Assembly (NCBI GenBank): GCA_965659055.1
Contig: CBFHUV010000001.1
Location: 2,715-66,714, forward strand
Direction of reading: 5' to 3'
Length of the DNA: 64,000 nt
From: Polaribacter sp.
Lineage (GTDB): Bacteria > Bacteroidota > Bacteroidia > Flavobacteriales > Flavobacteriaceae
Translations under genes and position numbers: made by a program
Notes under the pieces: generated by a model
What the model was told of the DNA's origin: nothing
Databases searched by the model: none
What the model saw: the letters and a program-made list of their open reading frames with translations, nothing else
In this document: positions 55,697-64,000 of the stretch, piece after piece
How the letters are laid out: each line of letters begins with the position of its first letter
Numbering within the stretch: the stretch's first letter is position 1

Positions 55697-56215
55697 ATGA
55701 GAATCAGATATCCTTTGTTTTTGTTATTTTTTCTAACATTAAGCTCTATGTTTGCTAGACAAACCGTAGATATTTCTTTTCATCACGATTCTAAATTTCT
55801 GTTTATCGGAGATGAAAGAGGAAATGACGCCGGAACCTTAGATTTTATTTTAAGGGCTGATTTTCGTTTGAAAAAATTTGCAAAGAGTTATCTTACTGTT
55901 GGCCCTTCTTATGAATATGCCGATCTTGTGGGAGGAGCCTTCACTCGTTATTCTTTGGGAATCGGTTATGTCTAGGAAAAAGTATTTCTTGAAAATTTAA
56001 GTTTTGGGGTGAACCTAAATTATGGATTCATTTCCAGACAACACGTAAACACAGGTAGCTTTGGTATAAACATTGATATTTTTTATAAGATTTCCAAACG
56101 TTTTTCCCTAAGTTATGTGCACCAAACTTTAGAAAGAACTGATTTTATAGCTTTGTACGACTCTCAGGCTCACATTCATGCAAGTAGTTTTGTAGGGTTT
56201 AAAATTCATTTGTAG
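55697..56215 (+). pseudogene. small outer-membrane beta-barrel protein (paralog 1) interrupted by an in-frame TAG, or a sequencing error
   Basis: ORFs 55697-55975 and 56009-56215 are in the same frame (offset 312 nt). Reading through the TAG at 55973-55975 gives ...GIGYV-stop-EKVFLENLSFGVNLNYGF.... The combined protein aligns end to end with the intact paralog at 56433-56948. Confidence 0.8.
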
Positions 56216-56315
56216 TTTGATGTTCACATTACAACTAAGTTTGTGCAGAATACGCTCCATTTTTAATAGTTTTTTGATTTTCATTCACTTATGTATTTGA
56301 GTGTTTCCAATAGTC

Positions 56316-56330
56316 TAAGCAATCTGCTTA
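56316..56330. promoter_or_regulatory. palindrome taagca-atc-tgctta upstream of barrel paralog 2 (shared with paralog 1)
   Basis: ctaagcaatCtgcttaa here versus ctaagcaatAtgcttaa at 55614-55630. Confidence 0.5.
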
Positions 56331-56388
56331 AATATCGGTTTTTTAAGGTTTTTGGACTTTTTGCTTTGATTTAATCAAAAGAATACAA

Positions 56389-56396
56389 TACATTTG
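56389..56396 (+). promoter_or_regulatory. -7 promoter box TACATTTG for barrel paralog 2
   Basis: Exact TAnnTTTG match 37 nt upstream of the ATG at 56433. It lies inside the longer track ORF. Confidence 0.5.
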
Positions 56397-56432
56397 TCCC
56401 TTATTATTAACTTTTTCATAACCCCCCTATAT

Positions 56433-56948
56433 ATGAAAAAAGTATTATTACTGAGTATAGCCCTTTTTGGCTGTCTATATAGTTATAGTCAGTCCAGTAT
56501 AAACTTAACGCTGCATCACGATGCCAAACTATTACTCATTGGAGATAATAAAGGCAATAATGCCATTACCATAAACTTTTTAGTTAAAGCAGAATTCTCA
56601 ATTAAACAATACATGACAAGTGCTTTGTTTGCCTATCCTGTTATTGAATATGCTGATTTGGCTGGAGGAAATTACCAAAGATATGGGGTGGGAATTGGTT
56701 ATAACCTATTTGATGTCCTTAAAAACTTTGATTTTGGATTTTCTGTAGATTATGGTAAATTAAAGAGAGGGAATAACTATAACGGATTTAGCGCGAACCT
56801 AAATGGTGAAATCGCTTATAGAATTTCAAATCGTTTCAAGCTTAGTTATGTATACCAAATTGGAGAAAGACCTGATTTAAAGGCCTTGTACAACTCTACT
56901 ACTAAATTTATTGGTAGTGGTTTTATTGGTGTAAAATTTGCCTTATAG
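56433..56948 (+). CDS. small outer-membrane beta-barrel protein (paralog 2, intact)
   Basis: 171 aa from MKKVLLLSIALFGCLYSYSQ (signal peptide). Alternating-hydrophobic strands and a C-terminal aromatic-rich strand GFIGVKFAL. Confidence 0.65.
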   Translation: MKKVLLLSIALFGCLYSYSQSSINLTLHHDAKLLLIGDNKGNNAITINFLVKAEFSIKQYMTSALFAYPVIEYADLAGGNYQRYGVGIGYNLFDVLKNFDFGFSVDYGKLKRGNNYNGFSANLNGEIAYRISNRFKLSYVYQIGERPDLKALYNSTTKFIGSGFIGVKFAL

Positions 56949-58184
56949 TTTATTTTTTTCTTCAATCCATTTACTCATGTATTTTGTGCTTTTTAAGCTG
57001 TGATACTGCAAAAGGCTTCCCATAAAATTTTTATTCCGATGCTCCTCTATGTTTTCAAGGAGTACGTTTAAATTGTTAGAAAACGATGCTGTTAAAACAT
57101 CCTTCGAATACAGTGTATTTATAATATCAAAGCCATTTTCTTGTGCGATTTGCCATTTAACACGATCAGTATATAAGGCTACAGCTTCCCTCACAAAAAG
57201 ATCTAAATCATCAGCGATAGCACCATTCCAAGGTAGAGCACCATGCATTCCTTCGGCACCTATTGATGTCGTAATACTTGGCGTGCCATTCTCCATGGCC
57301 TCAGTCAATTTGCCTTTTATTCCCGCTCCATAACGCAACGGAGCTAACAATACTTTTGCTTTTTGAAATATTTCTGATGAGGACGAGGCATAACCCTTTA
57401 TTAGAAAACCTTCTTGTGGGTTATGTAATTGTTTAATTTGTTGGGTCTCGTAAGCGCCATATATATGCAATTCAGCCTCTGGAAGCTGTTCTTTTATAGA
57501 TTTCCAACACCTTTCTTTTAGCAAAAGAACTGCATCAACATTCGGTCTATGCAAAAAATTTCCGATAAACATGAAGTTATGCCTTTTTTCAAAGGGGCTT
57601 ATACCTTGCTTATCAAAAGTTGAAAAGAAATTTAATAAAAAAGGGAGATGATACAATATGGAGTTGTCTATTTTAAAAAAGTCTTGCAATAAGTCCATTT
57701 CAAAACTCGAAATAATGAGGCTCAGGTCACAGCGATATATTGAGGCAATTTCTCTTTTCGCTAAATCAGATTTCAAAAGCATATCCTTCTGAAAGGGTGT
57801 ATTTTTTTTAAGTGCCTCTTCCCTTGTTTTTCGCAAAAAATGTAGGTCTTCGGTATCTAATATTCGAAGTGATTTTGGGCTGTTTTCTGAAACCCGCCAA
57901 CCAAATTGCTCTTCCATCATAAACCTATCAAAGAGCACAATTTTTGGTTGTAATTTTTTTATATAAACGTCAAAACTCTCATGATTTAAAGCAATGGAAA
58001 CTTCCTCAACATCCAAACTAGTTAGGTCAAATTTGTGCGTTGTTTTTTGGGCTGGTGAACCGAAAATCACCTTGTAGCCCAAATGTAAAAATAGCTCAAT
58101 CAACTGCAACATCCTACTTCCAGCAGCCGAAAAATTTGGTTCTACCCACACATATCCAATAATAAAAACCTGTTTACTATTCAA
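56943..58184 (-). CDS. glycosyltransferase family 4 (GT-B, group 1)
   Basis: 413 aa. C-terminal GT1 signature region GAGIKGKLTEAMENGTPSITT. Confidence 0.7.
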   Translation of the reverse strand: MNSKQVFIIGYVWVEPNFSAAGSRMLQLIELFLHLGYKVIFGSPAQKTTHKFDLTSLDVEEVSIALNHESFDVYIKKLQPKIVLFDRFMMEEQFGWRVSENSPKSLRILDTEDLHFLRKTREEALKKNTPFQKDMLLKSDLAKREIASIYRCDLSLIISSFEMDLLQDFFKIDNSILYHLPFLLNFFSTFDKQGISPFEKRHNFMFIGNFLHRPNVDAVLLLKERCWKSIKEQLPEAELHIYGAYETQQIKQLHNPQEGFLIKGYASSSSEIFQKAKVLLAPLRYGAGIKGKLTEAMENGTPSITTSIGAEGMHGALPWNGAIADDLDLFVREAVALYTDRVKWQIAQENGFDIINTLYSKDVLTASFSNNLNVLLENIEEHRNKNFMGSLLQYHSLKSTKYMSKWIEEKNKL

Positions 58185-58658
58185 TTAGTTGGTTTTCATT
58201 TGCTCCTTATAATTACGCTGAACTTGTTTGGCCCAATTGACAACAATAGCAATTTGCTCTTGCGTTAAATTGGCTTCAGAATGAATCCAAGTATACGAAT
58301 CTAAAGGCATTTCTTTCTTTTCTACTTGCTCATAAATTTCCTCAAACTTATGCTCTTTTCTTTTCAAGGAATACTCGCCCCATTTAGAAAAATTCAATTC
58401 TTTTTTTCCTTCATTTACATGATCGGCCATCCAATAATTTAAAGGAGTAATCTTACTATACCAAGGATAATTCGTCTTATTTGAATGGCAATCAAAACAT
58501 GTTTCCTTTAAAATGTTATGCACTACTTCAGGCGGATTCGTTTCCGCTATTAAAGTACTGATAGAAGTTAAATCTCCTTCGTTTTTTTCAGGGCCAAAAA
58601 ACTGAGCAATCACCAAAGCAATTAACAAAACCCAACCGATACGTTTTAAAATTTTCAT
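58185..58658 (-). CDS. heme-binding-domain protein (c-type CxxCH) with signal anchor
   Basis: 157 aa from MKILKRIGWVLLIALVIAQFF. Motif CFDCHSNKTNYPWYSKI. The track start at 58757 crosses the lpdA promoter. Confidence 0.7.
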   Translation of the reverse strand: MKILKRIGWVLLIALVIAQFFGPEKNEGDLTSISTLIAETNPPEVVHNILKETCFDCHSNKTNYPWYSKITPLNYWMADHVNEGKKELNFSKWGEYSLKRKEHKFEEIYEQVEKKEMPLDSYTWIHSEANLTQEQIAIVVNWAKQVQRNYKEQMKTN

Positions 58659-58727
58659 ATGAACTGTTTTTAAAAAATTAAAGATAGCAATTATCTCGGA
58701 TTCTTCGATTTTTAAACAATAATGTTT

Positions 58728-58735
58728 TATTTTTG
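58728..58735 (+). promoter_or_regulatory. -7 promoter box TATTTTTG for lpdA
   Basis: Exact TAnnTTTG match 69 nt upstream of the ATG at 58804. Confidence 0.45.
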
Positions 58736-58803
58736 TACTCGAAAAACATATACCCAAAGCACTGCTTTAAAAGTATATGAAAACGTTTTAAATACGAAAA
58801 CCC

Positions 58804-60204
58804 ATGAAATACGATATCATCGTTATTGGTTCTGGTCCTGGTGGATATATTGCTGCGATTAGAGCATCACAATTAGGCAAGAAAGTTGCCATTATCGAAA
58901 AATATGCAACCTTAGGTGGAACCTGTACAAATGTTGGATGTATTCCTTCAAAGGCTTTGTTAGACTCATCTCATCATTATTACGATGCAGTACATCATTT
59001 TGAGGAACATGGGATCTCTGTAGAAAAACCAAGTTTTGATTTTTCTAAAATGGTTGCAAGAAAAGCTGGCATTGTAGAAACCACTACAGGAGGTATTAAA
59101 TACCTAATGGATAAGAACAGTGTGGATGTATTTGAAGGATTGGGTTCCTTTGTAGATACAATACATGTAAAAATAACAAAGAATGACGGTTCTGAAGAAA
59201 CCATTGAGGGTGACAACATAATTATTGCAACAGGATCAAAACCTTCTACCCTACCTTTTATTACTATTGATAAGGATCGAATAATCACTTCTACAGAAGC
59301 CTTAAAATTAAGTGAAGTTCCAAAACATTTACTTGTTATTGGAGGGGGTGTAATTGGTCTAGAGCTTGGTTCAGTATACAAGCGTTTGGGTGCAGAGGTT
59401 ACTGTCATCGAATATGCAGATAAGATTACGCCTACCATGGATTCTGATGTATCTAAAGAGCTTCAAAAGGTCCTTAAAAAACAAGGAATCAAATTTGCAA
59501 CCAGTCATGGTGTAAATGCTGTAGAAAGAAAAGGCAAAGAAGTTGTTGTAAAAGCGACAGATAAAAAAGGTAATGAGGTTAGTTTCACTGGTGACTATTG
59601 TTTAGTTGCTGTAGGAAGAAAACCATATACCGAAGGATTGGGCTTAGAAAATATTGGTGTAAAATTAAACCAAAGAAATCAAGTCGAAGTAAACGATCAC
59701 TTGCAAACTTCTGTAGCAAATGTATATGCAATCGGAGATGTCATTAAAGGTGCTATGCTTGCTCACAAAGCAGAAGAAGAAGGCGTTGTTGTTGCAGAAT
59801 ATTTAGCAGGACAAAAGCCACATGTTGATTATAATTTGATTCCTGGAATCGTTTATACTTGGCCTGAAGTTGCGGCAGTTGGAAAAACGGAAGACGAATT
59901 AAAAACCGCTGGTACTGCCTACAAAGCTGGAAAATTTTCTATGAGAGCCCTTGGACGGTCTAGAGCAAGTGGTGATCTTGATGGTTTTGTAAAAATTCTA
60001 GCCGATCAAAACACAGATGAAATATTAGGGGTACATATCGTTGGAGCGCGTGCTGCAGATTTAATTATGGAAGCTGCCGTTGCAATGGAATACAGAGCTT
60101 CTGCTGAAGATTTAGCAAGAATCTGTCATGGACACCCAACCTATTCTGAAGCCGTTAAAGAAGCTGCAAAAGCTGCTTGGGATGGCAGACCTTTGAACTC
60201 TTAA
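58804..60204 (+). CDS. lpdA: dihydrolipoyl dehydrogenase
   Basis: 466 aa. FAD fold GSGPGGY, redox disulfide GGTCTNVGCIPSK, and C-terminal HAHPTxSE-like HGHPTYSE. Confidence 0.92.
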   Translation: MKYDIIVIGSGPGGYIAAIRASQLGKKVAIIEKYATLGGTCTNVGCIPSKALLDSSHHYYDAVHHFEEHGISVEKPSFDFSKMVARKAGIVETTTGGIKYLMDKNSVDVFEGLGSFVDTIHVKITKNDGSEETIEGDNIIIATGSKPSTLPFITIDKDRIITSTEALKLSEVPKHLLVIGGGVIGLELGSVYKRLGAEVTVIEYADKITPTMDSDVSKELQKVLKKQGIKFATSHGVNAVERKGKEVVVKATDKKGNEVSFTGDYCLVAVGRKPYTEGLGLENIGVKLNQRNQVEVNDHLQTSVANVYAIGDVIKGAMLAHKAEEEGVVVAEYLAGQKPHVDYNLIPGIVYTWPEVAAVGKTEDELKTAGTAYKAGKFSMRALGRSRASGDLDGFVKILADQNTDEILGVHIVGARAADLIMEAAVAMEYRASAEDLARICHGHPTYSEAVKEAAKAAWDGRPLNS

Positions 60205-60221
60205 TTCAGAATCAAATAAAT

Positions 60222-60253
60222 AAAAAAAGCAACCTAAATAGGTTGCTTTTTTT
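60222..60253. terminator. bidirectional rho-independent terminator between lpdA and the convergent symporter gene
   Basis: aaaaaaagcaacc-taaata-ggttgcttttttt. Confidence 0.85.
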
Positions 60254-60271
60254 ATTTATGAAATTGAGTAA

Positions 60272-62086
60272 TTATAAGATTACTGCTCTGATTTTCTTCC
60301 ACATTTTTATCAATAAAAATCCTGAAATAATTGTAATTACAGTCATTACAATCGCATAGTAATAATCCCCATAGATAAAATAGCCTGTTGCAAACATGGT
60401 GCTGTAAATAAAAACACAACCCAATAACATGGCAAGAATTCCAGATGGAACCGTCCAAGCTTCTTTACTGTTTACGATATTGACATTATCAGCCTGTGCA
60501 TCTCGGACAACTTTTCCCCATCCTGGACCTCCTGGTTGAATTTTTTGATAAAAATTCCGCAAAACAGCAGGGCTTTCTGGTTGTGTTAAATAGGTGACCA
60601 AAACCCATATAATGGTCGTTATTAGGACAATAATTGGAAATTTAGACCAACTAGGAAGCACACCCGTTTCATCAGCAAATAAAATTGCGCCTACTGCAGT
60701 AAAATTGATAATTATTGAAATAATTCCAGAAGAGAACATGGCAGCGATCTCACTCCAAGCATTTATACGCCACCAAAACCAACGCAAAATAAAAATCAAG
60801 CCCGTTCCTGCTCCAAACATTAAAATTACATCGAACAATTGCAAGGCGTTTTGCAAAACCAAAGCCAATAAAGCGCTAAAAACCATGAGTACAACTGTAG
60901 AAAGTCTTCCTACAGCGACCAATTTTTTTTCGGAGGCCTCCGGATTAATTTGCTGTTTGTAAAAATCATTTACTATATAAGATGAACCCCAATTTAAATG
61001 GGTAGAAATGGTACTCATATAAGCAGCCACTAAAGATGCCAGAACCAATCCTAATAAACCACTTGGCAATTTTGTTAACATGGCAGAATAGGCCAAATCA
61101 TGCCCTAATTTGTCTGGTGTTACATTTGGAAAAGCTGCTTGAATACTCGCCAAATCAGGAAAAACTACTAAAGAGGCCAAGGCTACTATGATCCATGGCC
61201 ATGGACGCAATGCATAGTGCATAATATTAAAAAAGAAGGTGGCGCCTATGGCATGATTTTCATCTTTTGCCGCCAACATTCTTTGGGCTATATATCCACC
61301 TCCACCAGGTTCTGCTCCAGGGTACCAAGCACTCCACCATTGCACTGCAAGGGGAATAATTAATAAGGTAATTAAAGCTTCTTTATCGTTAAAATCTGGT
61401 AATATAGAAAGTTTGTCTACCACATTTTTATTAGCAAATAAGGCATCTAGTCCCCCAATTTCTGGAATATTCACCAAATAATATGCAGCAGCAATCGCTC
61501 CAGCCATGGCCACAAAGAACAATAAAAAATCTGTATAAACAACCCCTTTAAAACCACCCATTGCACTAAAAATAACCGTAATCACACCTGCATAAATAAC
61601 CGTTTCCCAAGGTGCTAAACCCAACATTATTTGCCCAATTTTTATAGCCGCCAAAGTAACTGCAGACATGGCCAAAATATTAAAGATTACCCCTAAATAT
61701 ATGGCCCTAAATTTTCTCAAAAACTTAGCAGGTCTACCACCATAGCGCAATTCATAATATTCAATATCTGTATTTACAGCAGATTTACGCCATAATTTCG
61801 CATAGACAAAAACCGTTAATAAACCTGTAATTAAAAAAGCCCACCAAACCCAGTTTCCAGAAACTCCATTATTTCTAACTATGTCTGTTACCAAATTCGG
61901 AGTGTCCGTAGAAAAGGTTGTGGCCACCATTGAAAGCCCCAGCAGCCACCAAGGCATATTTCTTCCTGAAAGAAAAAACTCAGAAGCATTCTTTCCAGAC
62001 TTCTTAGATACATAAACTCCAATAAATAGGGTAATTGCAAAAAATGAAATGATTAGTGCATAATCAAAAGTACTTAAGGTAACCAT
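60272..62086 (-). CDS. sodium:solute symporter (SSF) family transporter
   Basis: 604 aa with about 13-14 TMs and SSF-like N-terminal pattern (FFLSGRNMPWW). Confidence 0.8.
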   Translation of the reverse strand: MVTLSTFDYALIISFFAITLFIGVYVSKKSGKNASEFFLSGRNMPWWLLGLSMVATTFSTDTPNLVTDIVRNNGVSGNWVWWAFLITGLLTVFVYAKLWRKSAVNTDIEYYELRYGGRPAKFLRKFRAIYLGVIFNILAMSAVTLAAIKIGQIMLGLAPWETVIYAGVITVIFSAMGGFKGVVYTDFLLFFVAMAGAIAAAYYLVNIPEIGGLDALFANKNVVDKLSILPDFNDKEALITLLIIPLAVQWWSAWYPGAEPGGGGYIAQRMLAAKDENHAIGATFFFNIMHYALRPWPWIIVALASLVVFPDLASIQAAFPNVTPDKLGHDLAYSAMLTKLPSGLLGLVLASLVAAYMSTISTHLNWGSSYIVNDFYKQQINPEASEKKLVAVGRLSTVVLMVFSALLALVLQNALQLFDVILMFGAGTGLIFILRWFWWRINAWSEIAAMFSSGIISIIINFTAVGAILFADETGVLPSWSKFPIIVLITTIIWVLVTYLTQPESPAVLRNFYQKIQPGGPGWGKVVRDAQADNVNIVNSKEAWTVPSGILAMLLGCVFIYSTMFATGYFIYGDYYYAIVMTVITIISGFLLIKMWKKIRAVIL

Positions 62087-62265
62087 AGTGTTCTTTATAT
62101 TTAAATGCTACGTGTAGTTAATTTCTATTTTGAAAAATATCAAAGGTCTAAAACTAATTAAAAATTGAGAAACCACCGCTGCTTTTAAAAATATTTACAA
62201 AACCCTGCCTTTATACAAGCCCAAAAGTCTTTTAAAAAAGTTCTTAAACCCTCATTTAAGATTTG

Positions 62266-62273
62266 TATTTTTG
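62266..62273 (+). promoter_or_regulatory. -7 promoter box TATTTTTG for pabB (near-leaderless)
   Basis: Exact TAnnTTTG match ending 7 nt before the ATG at 62281. It lies inside the longer track ORF. Confidence 0.5.
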
Positions 62274-62280
62274 CATAAGA

Positions 62281-63594
62281 ATGCAGCGAATTGAGAAACA
62301 CTTTAAGGTTAAAAATAACAAAAGCTTTAAGCAAAAACTTTTAGCTTGGGCCCAACAATTTGAAACGGTTTCTTGGTTAGATTCCAACCAATATACCCAG
62401 GAGTATTCATCCTTTGACACGATCTTGGCTGCTGAAGAATTTACTTCGATAAAAACAGATTTTAAAAATGCCTTCGATAAATTAGCAGAATTCCAAAATG
62501 GAACCAAAGATTATCTTTTTGGCTATTTAAGTTATGATTTAAAGAATGATGTCGAAGACCTAAGTTCTCAAAATTTTGATGGATTGGGTTTTGCTGATCT
62601 GTTTTTTTTTCAACCCCAACGGATTGTTTTCATTAAGGGTGAAAAAGTTATTTTTAAATACTTAAAAATGATAGCTGATGAAATTGATGAAGATTTTAAA
62701 AGTATCGAAAACTTTAAAATCTCAGAGGAAGAGAAAACAAAAAACAAAAAAGCGAATCAAATTAAATTGCGAATCCACAAGGATTCGTATATGCAAAAAG
62801 TCACAAAAATTTTAGAACATATTCATCGCGGAGATATTTATGAAGCTAATTTTTGTCAAGAGTTTTATGCAGAAAATGCACAGATAAATCCGGTGGAGGT
62901 CTACAAACATCTCAATGCTATTTCAGAACCGCCTTTTGCTACTTTTTTTAAGTTAGATGAGCACTATATATTGTCAGCTTCACCAGAACGTTATCTTAAA
63001 AAGAATGGAGATTTGGTCATTTCTCAACCCATTAAAGGAACTGCAAAAAGGTTGAGAAGCAAAGTAGATGATGAACAAATTGCCTTTGATCTTTCTAGAG
63101 ATGAAAAAGAACGCTCAGAAAATATTATGATTGTTGATTTGGTAAGAAATGACCTATCAAAAACGGCTATCAAAGGAAGTGTAAAGGTTACTGAACTCTG
63201 CAAAGTTTATAGTTTTAAACAGGTGCACCAACTAATTTCCACAGTGGTCTCTAAAGTGCCGGAAACTGTAAATCCGATTCAAATCATCAAAGACACCTTC
63301 CCTATGGGAAGCATGACTGGTGCCCCTAAAGTTTCAGCCATGAAAATCATTGAACAATTAGAAGAGACCAAACGTGGCGTCTATTCTGGAACGGTTGGTT
63401 ATTTTACTCCTGAGGGTGATTTTGATTTTAATGTAATCATTAGAAGTATTTTATACAACCGTGAAAATAAGTACCTTTCCTTTTCTGTAGGTGGGGCAAT
63501 TACTGCCAAATCGGTTCCAGAAAAAGAATATGAAGAGTGTTTGCTGAAGGCAAAAGCCATGAAATATGTATTAAAAAATGCCAATCAATCATGA
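62281..63594 (+). CDS. pabB: aminodeoxychorismate synthase component I (chorismate-binding enzyme family)
   Basis: 437 aa from MQRIEKHF. Motifs PMGSMTGAPK and SPERYL. Cannot be distinguished from anthranilate or isochorismate synthase by eye alone. Confidence 0.7.
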   Translation: MQRIEKHFKVKNNKSFKQKLLAWAQQFETVSWLDSNQYTQEYSSFDTILAAEEFTSIKTDFKNAFDKLAEFQNGTKDYLFGYLSYDLKNDVEDLSSQNFDGLGFADLFFFQPQRIVFIKGEKVIFKYLKMIADEIDEDFKSIENFKISEEEKTKNKKANQIKLRIHKDSYMQKVTKILEHIHRGDIYEANFCQEFYAENAQINPVEVYKHLNAISEPPFATFFKLDEHYILSASPERYLKKNGDLVISQPIKGTAKRLRSKVDDEQIAFDLSRDEKERSENIMIVDLVRNDLSKTAIKGSVKVTELCKVYSFKQVHQLISTVVSKVPETVNPIQIIKDTFPMGSMTGAPKVSAMKIIEQLEETKRGVYSGTVGYFTPEGDFDFNVIIRSILYNRENKYLSFSVGGAITAKSVPEKEYEECLLKAKAMKYVLKNANQS

Positions 63595-63839
63595 TCCCAG
63601 AACTCGAGACAAAATTAGCGCTGCTATCTGAAGAAATGGAGAAACCTTATCAGGTACAGGCCCTGTTTAATAAATTATTAGAGACATATCCAGAAGACTG
63701 GAAACAGCATAAAATTCGGTATTCTAAATTTAATAGAAGTAAACAGTTCGGAAAAACGATACCATTGCCCAAACCAGAACAGTCCTTAAAGAAAACCATT
63801 CAGGCTTGGTTAGTAAAACATAAAAACTCAACGAAATAA
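63591..63839 (+). CDS. hypothetical protein (82 aa)
   Basis: ATG overlaps the pabB stop (ATGA), and its own stop overlaps the next ATG (TAATG). The coupling suggests it is real. No family recognised. Confidence 0.45.
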   Translation: MIPELETKLALLSEEMEKPYQVQALFNKLLETYPEDWKQHKIRYSKFNRSKQFGKTIPLPKPEQSLKKTIQAWLVKHKNSTK

Positions 63840-64000
63840 TGCAATTTTCAAAGTTTATTTTTTGTTCACTTTTATTCATAAGTGCAACAGCGTTTACTCA
63901 GAAATTACAGTATGACACCACATCTTCTGTCGGAATGGATTCTCTATATATTTATAGCAAAGTAGATTCTATCATAAAGGATGCAATAAAAAAGCAAGCC
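63839..64000 (+). CDS. secreted protein, N-terminal fragment (runs off the window)
   Basis: MQFSKFIFCSLLFISATAFTQ is a signal peptide. The reading frame is open to the window end. Confidence 0.4.
   Translation, partial: MQFSKFIFCSLLFISATAFTQKLQYDTTSSVGMDSLYIYSKVDSIIKDAIKKQA

Noticed and set aside
41332-55975. Idea that the two in-frame TAG codons (aroA, barrel paralog 1) mean genome-wide amber reassignment or pyrrolysine-type recoding.
   Set aside because: TAG is the normal terminator of at least nine apparently full-length genes in the same window. These include the acylase, sterol desaturase-like, GT-C, polyprenyl synthase, DUF3127-like, flavin reductase-like, greA and both barrel genes. 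No pyl-type genes are seen. Site-specific suppression cannot be excluded, but reassignment is not supported.
58995-59438. Long antisense or alternative-frame ORFs inside well-supported genes. Examples: 58995-59438 in lpdA, 60594-60962 in the symporter, 39252-39587 in queA, 6767-7099 in the hydrolase, 41861-42169 and 42622-42888 in the BNR gene, 10670-10936 in the ALDH gene.
   Set aside because: They lie wholly inside genes with strong family motifs. They have low-complexity or odd composition, and no promoter boxes or family resemblance. They are typical shadow ORFs.
1-64000. Scan for tRNA, rRNA, CRISPR arrays, transposases, integrases, phage genes, toxin-antitoxin pairs and known defence-system proteins.
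   Set aside because: I found no T-loop or acceptor-like tRNA signatures, no spaced direct-repeat arrays, and no ORFs with recombinase, nuclease or ATPase defence hallmarks. The window looks like core chromosome.

Overview
AT-rich segment that reads as core chromosome of a Flavobacteriia-type Bacteroidota organism. Support: many TAnnTTTG -7 promoter boxes just upstream of start codons, tight gene packing, and typical family content (GH3-like, DUF2797, DUF3127, CarboxypepD_reg, BNR/sortilin). The left edge carries the start of the dcw cluster on the minus strand (mraZ-rsmH-ftsL-ftsI-murE-mraY) with a triple-repeat MraZ operator. The rest is mostly housekeeping and metabolism: yihA, rluA-like, alkB plus aldehyde dehydrogenase, penicillin/AHL-acylase family, DegT aminotransferase, galE, corA, fabD, yhhQ, rlmN, queA, aroA, aat, greA, purK/purE, M3 peptidase, lpdA, an SSF symporter and pabB. 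I found no rRNA, tRNA, CRISPR, transposase, integrase, phage or recognisable defence genes, so I cannot point to a clear novel system. The most system-like, poorly characterised loci are: (1) a six-gene arsenosugar-type cluster at 19960-24853 with an embedded purine nucleoside phosphorylase and a fatty-acid-hydroxylase-family gene; (2) a translationally coupled FAD oxidoreductase plus membrane polyferredoxin pair at 26009-28899; (3) a GT2/GT2/GT-C operon at 29023-32575. The most striking sequence-level observation is gene disruption. There are in-frame TAG stops in aroA and in one of two tandem outer-membrane barrel paralogs. There are homopolymer frameshifts in purK (A8) and in one of two tandem small membrane-protein paralogs (G4). 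A possible fifth split lies at a T6 run between two adjacent membrane ORFs. Other non-coding structure: a family of nested palindromic intergenic elements, a helically phased T-tract block after corA, and a palindrome shared upstream of the tandem barrel genes. All product calls rest on motif and family recognition by eye; no searches were run.
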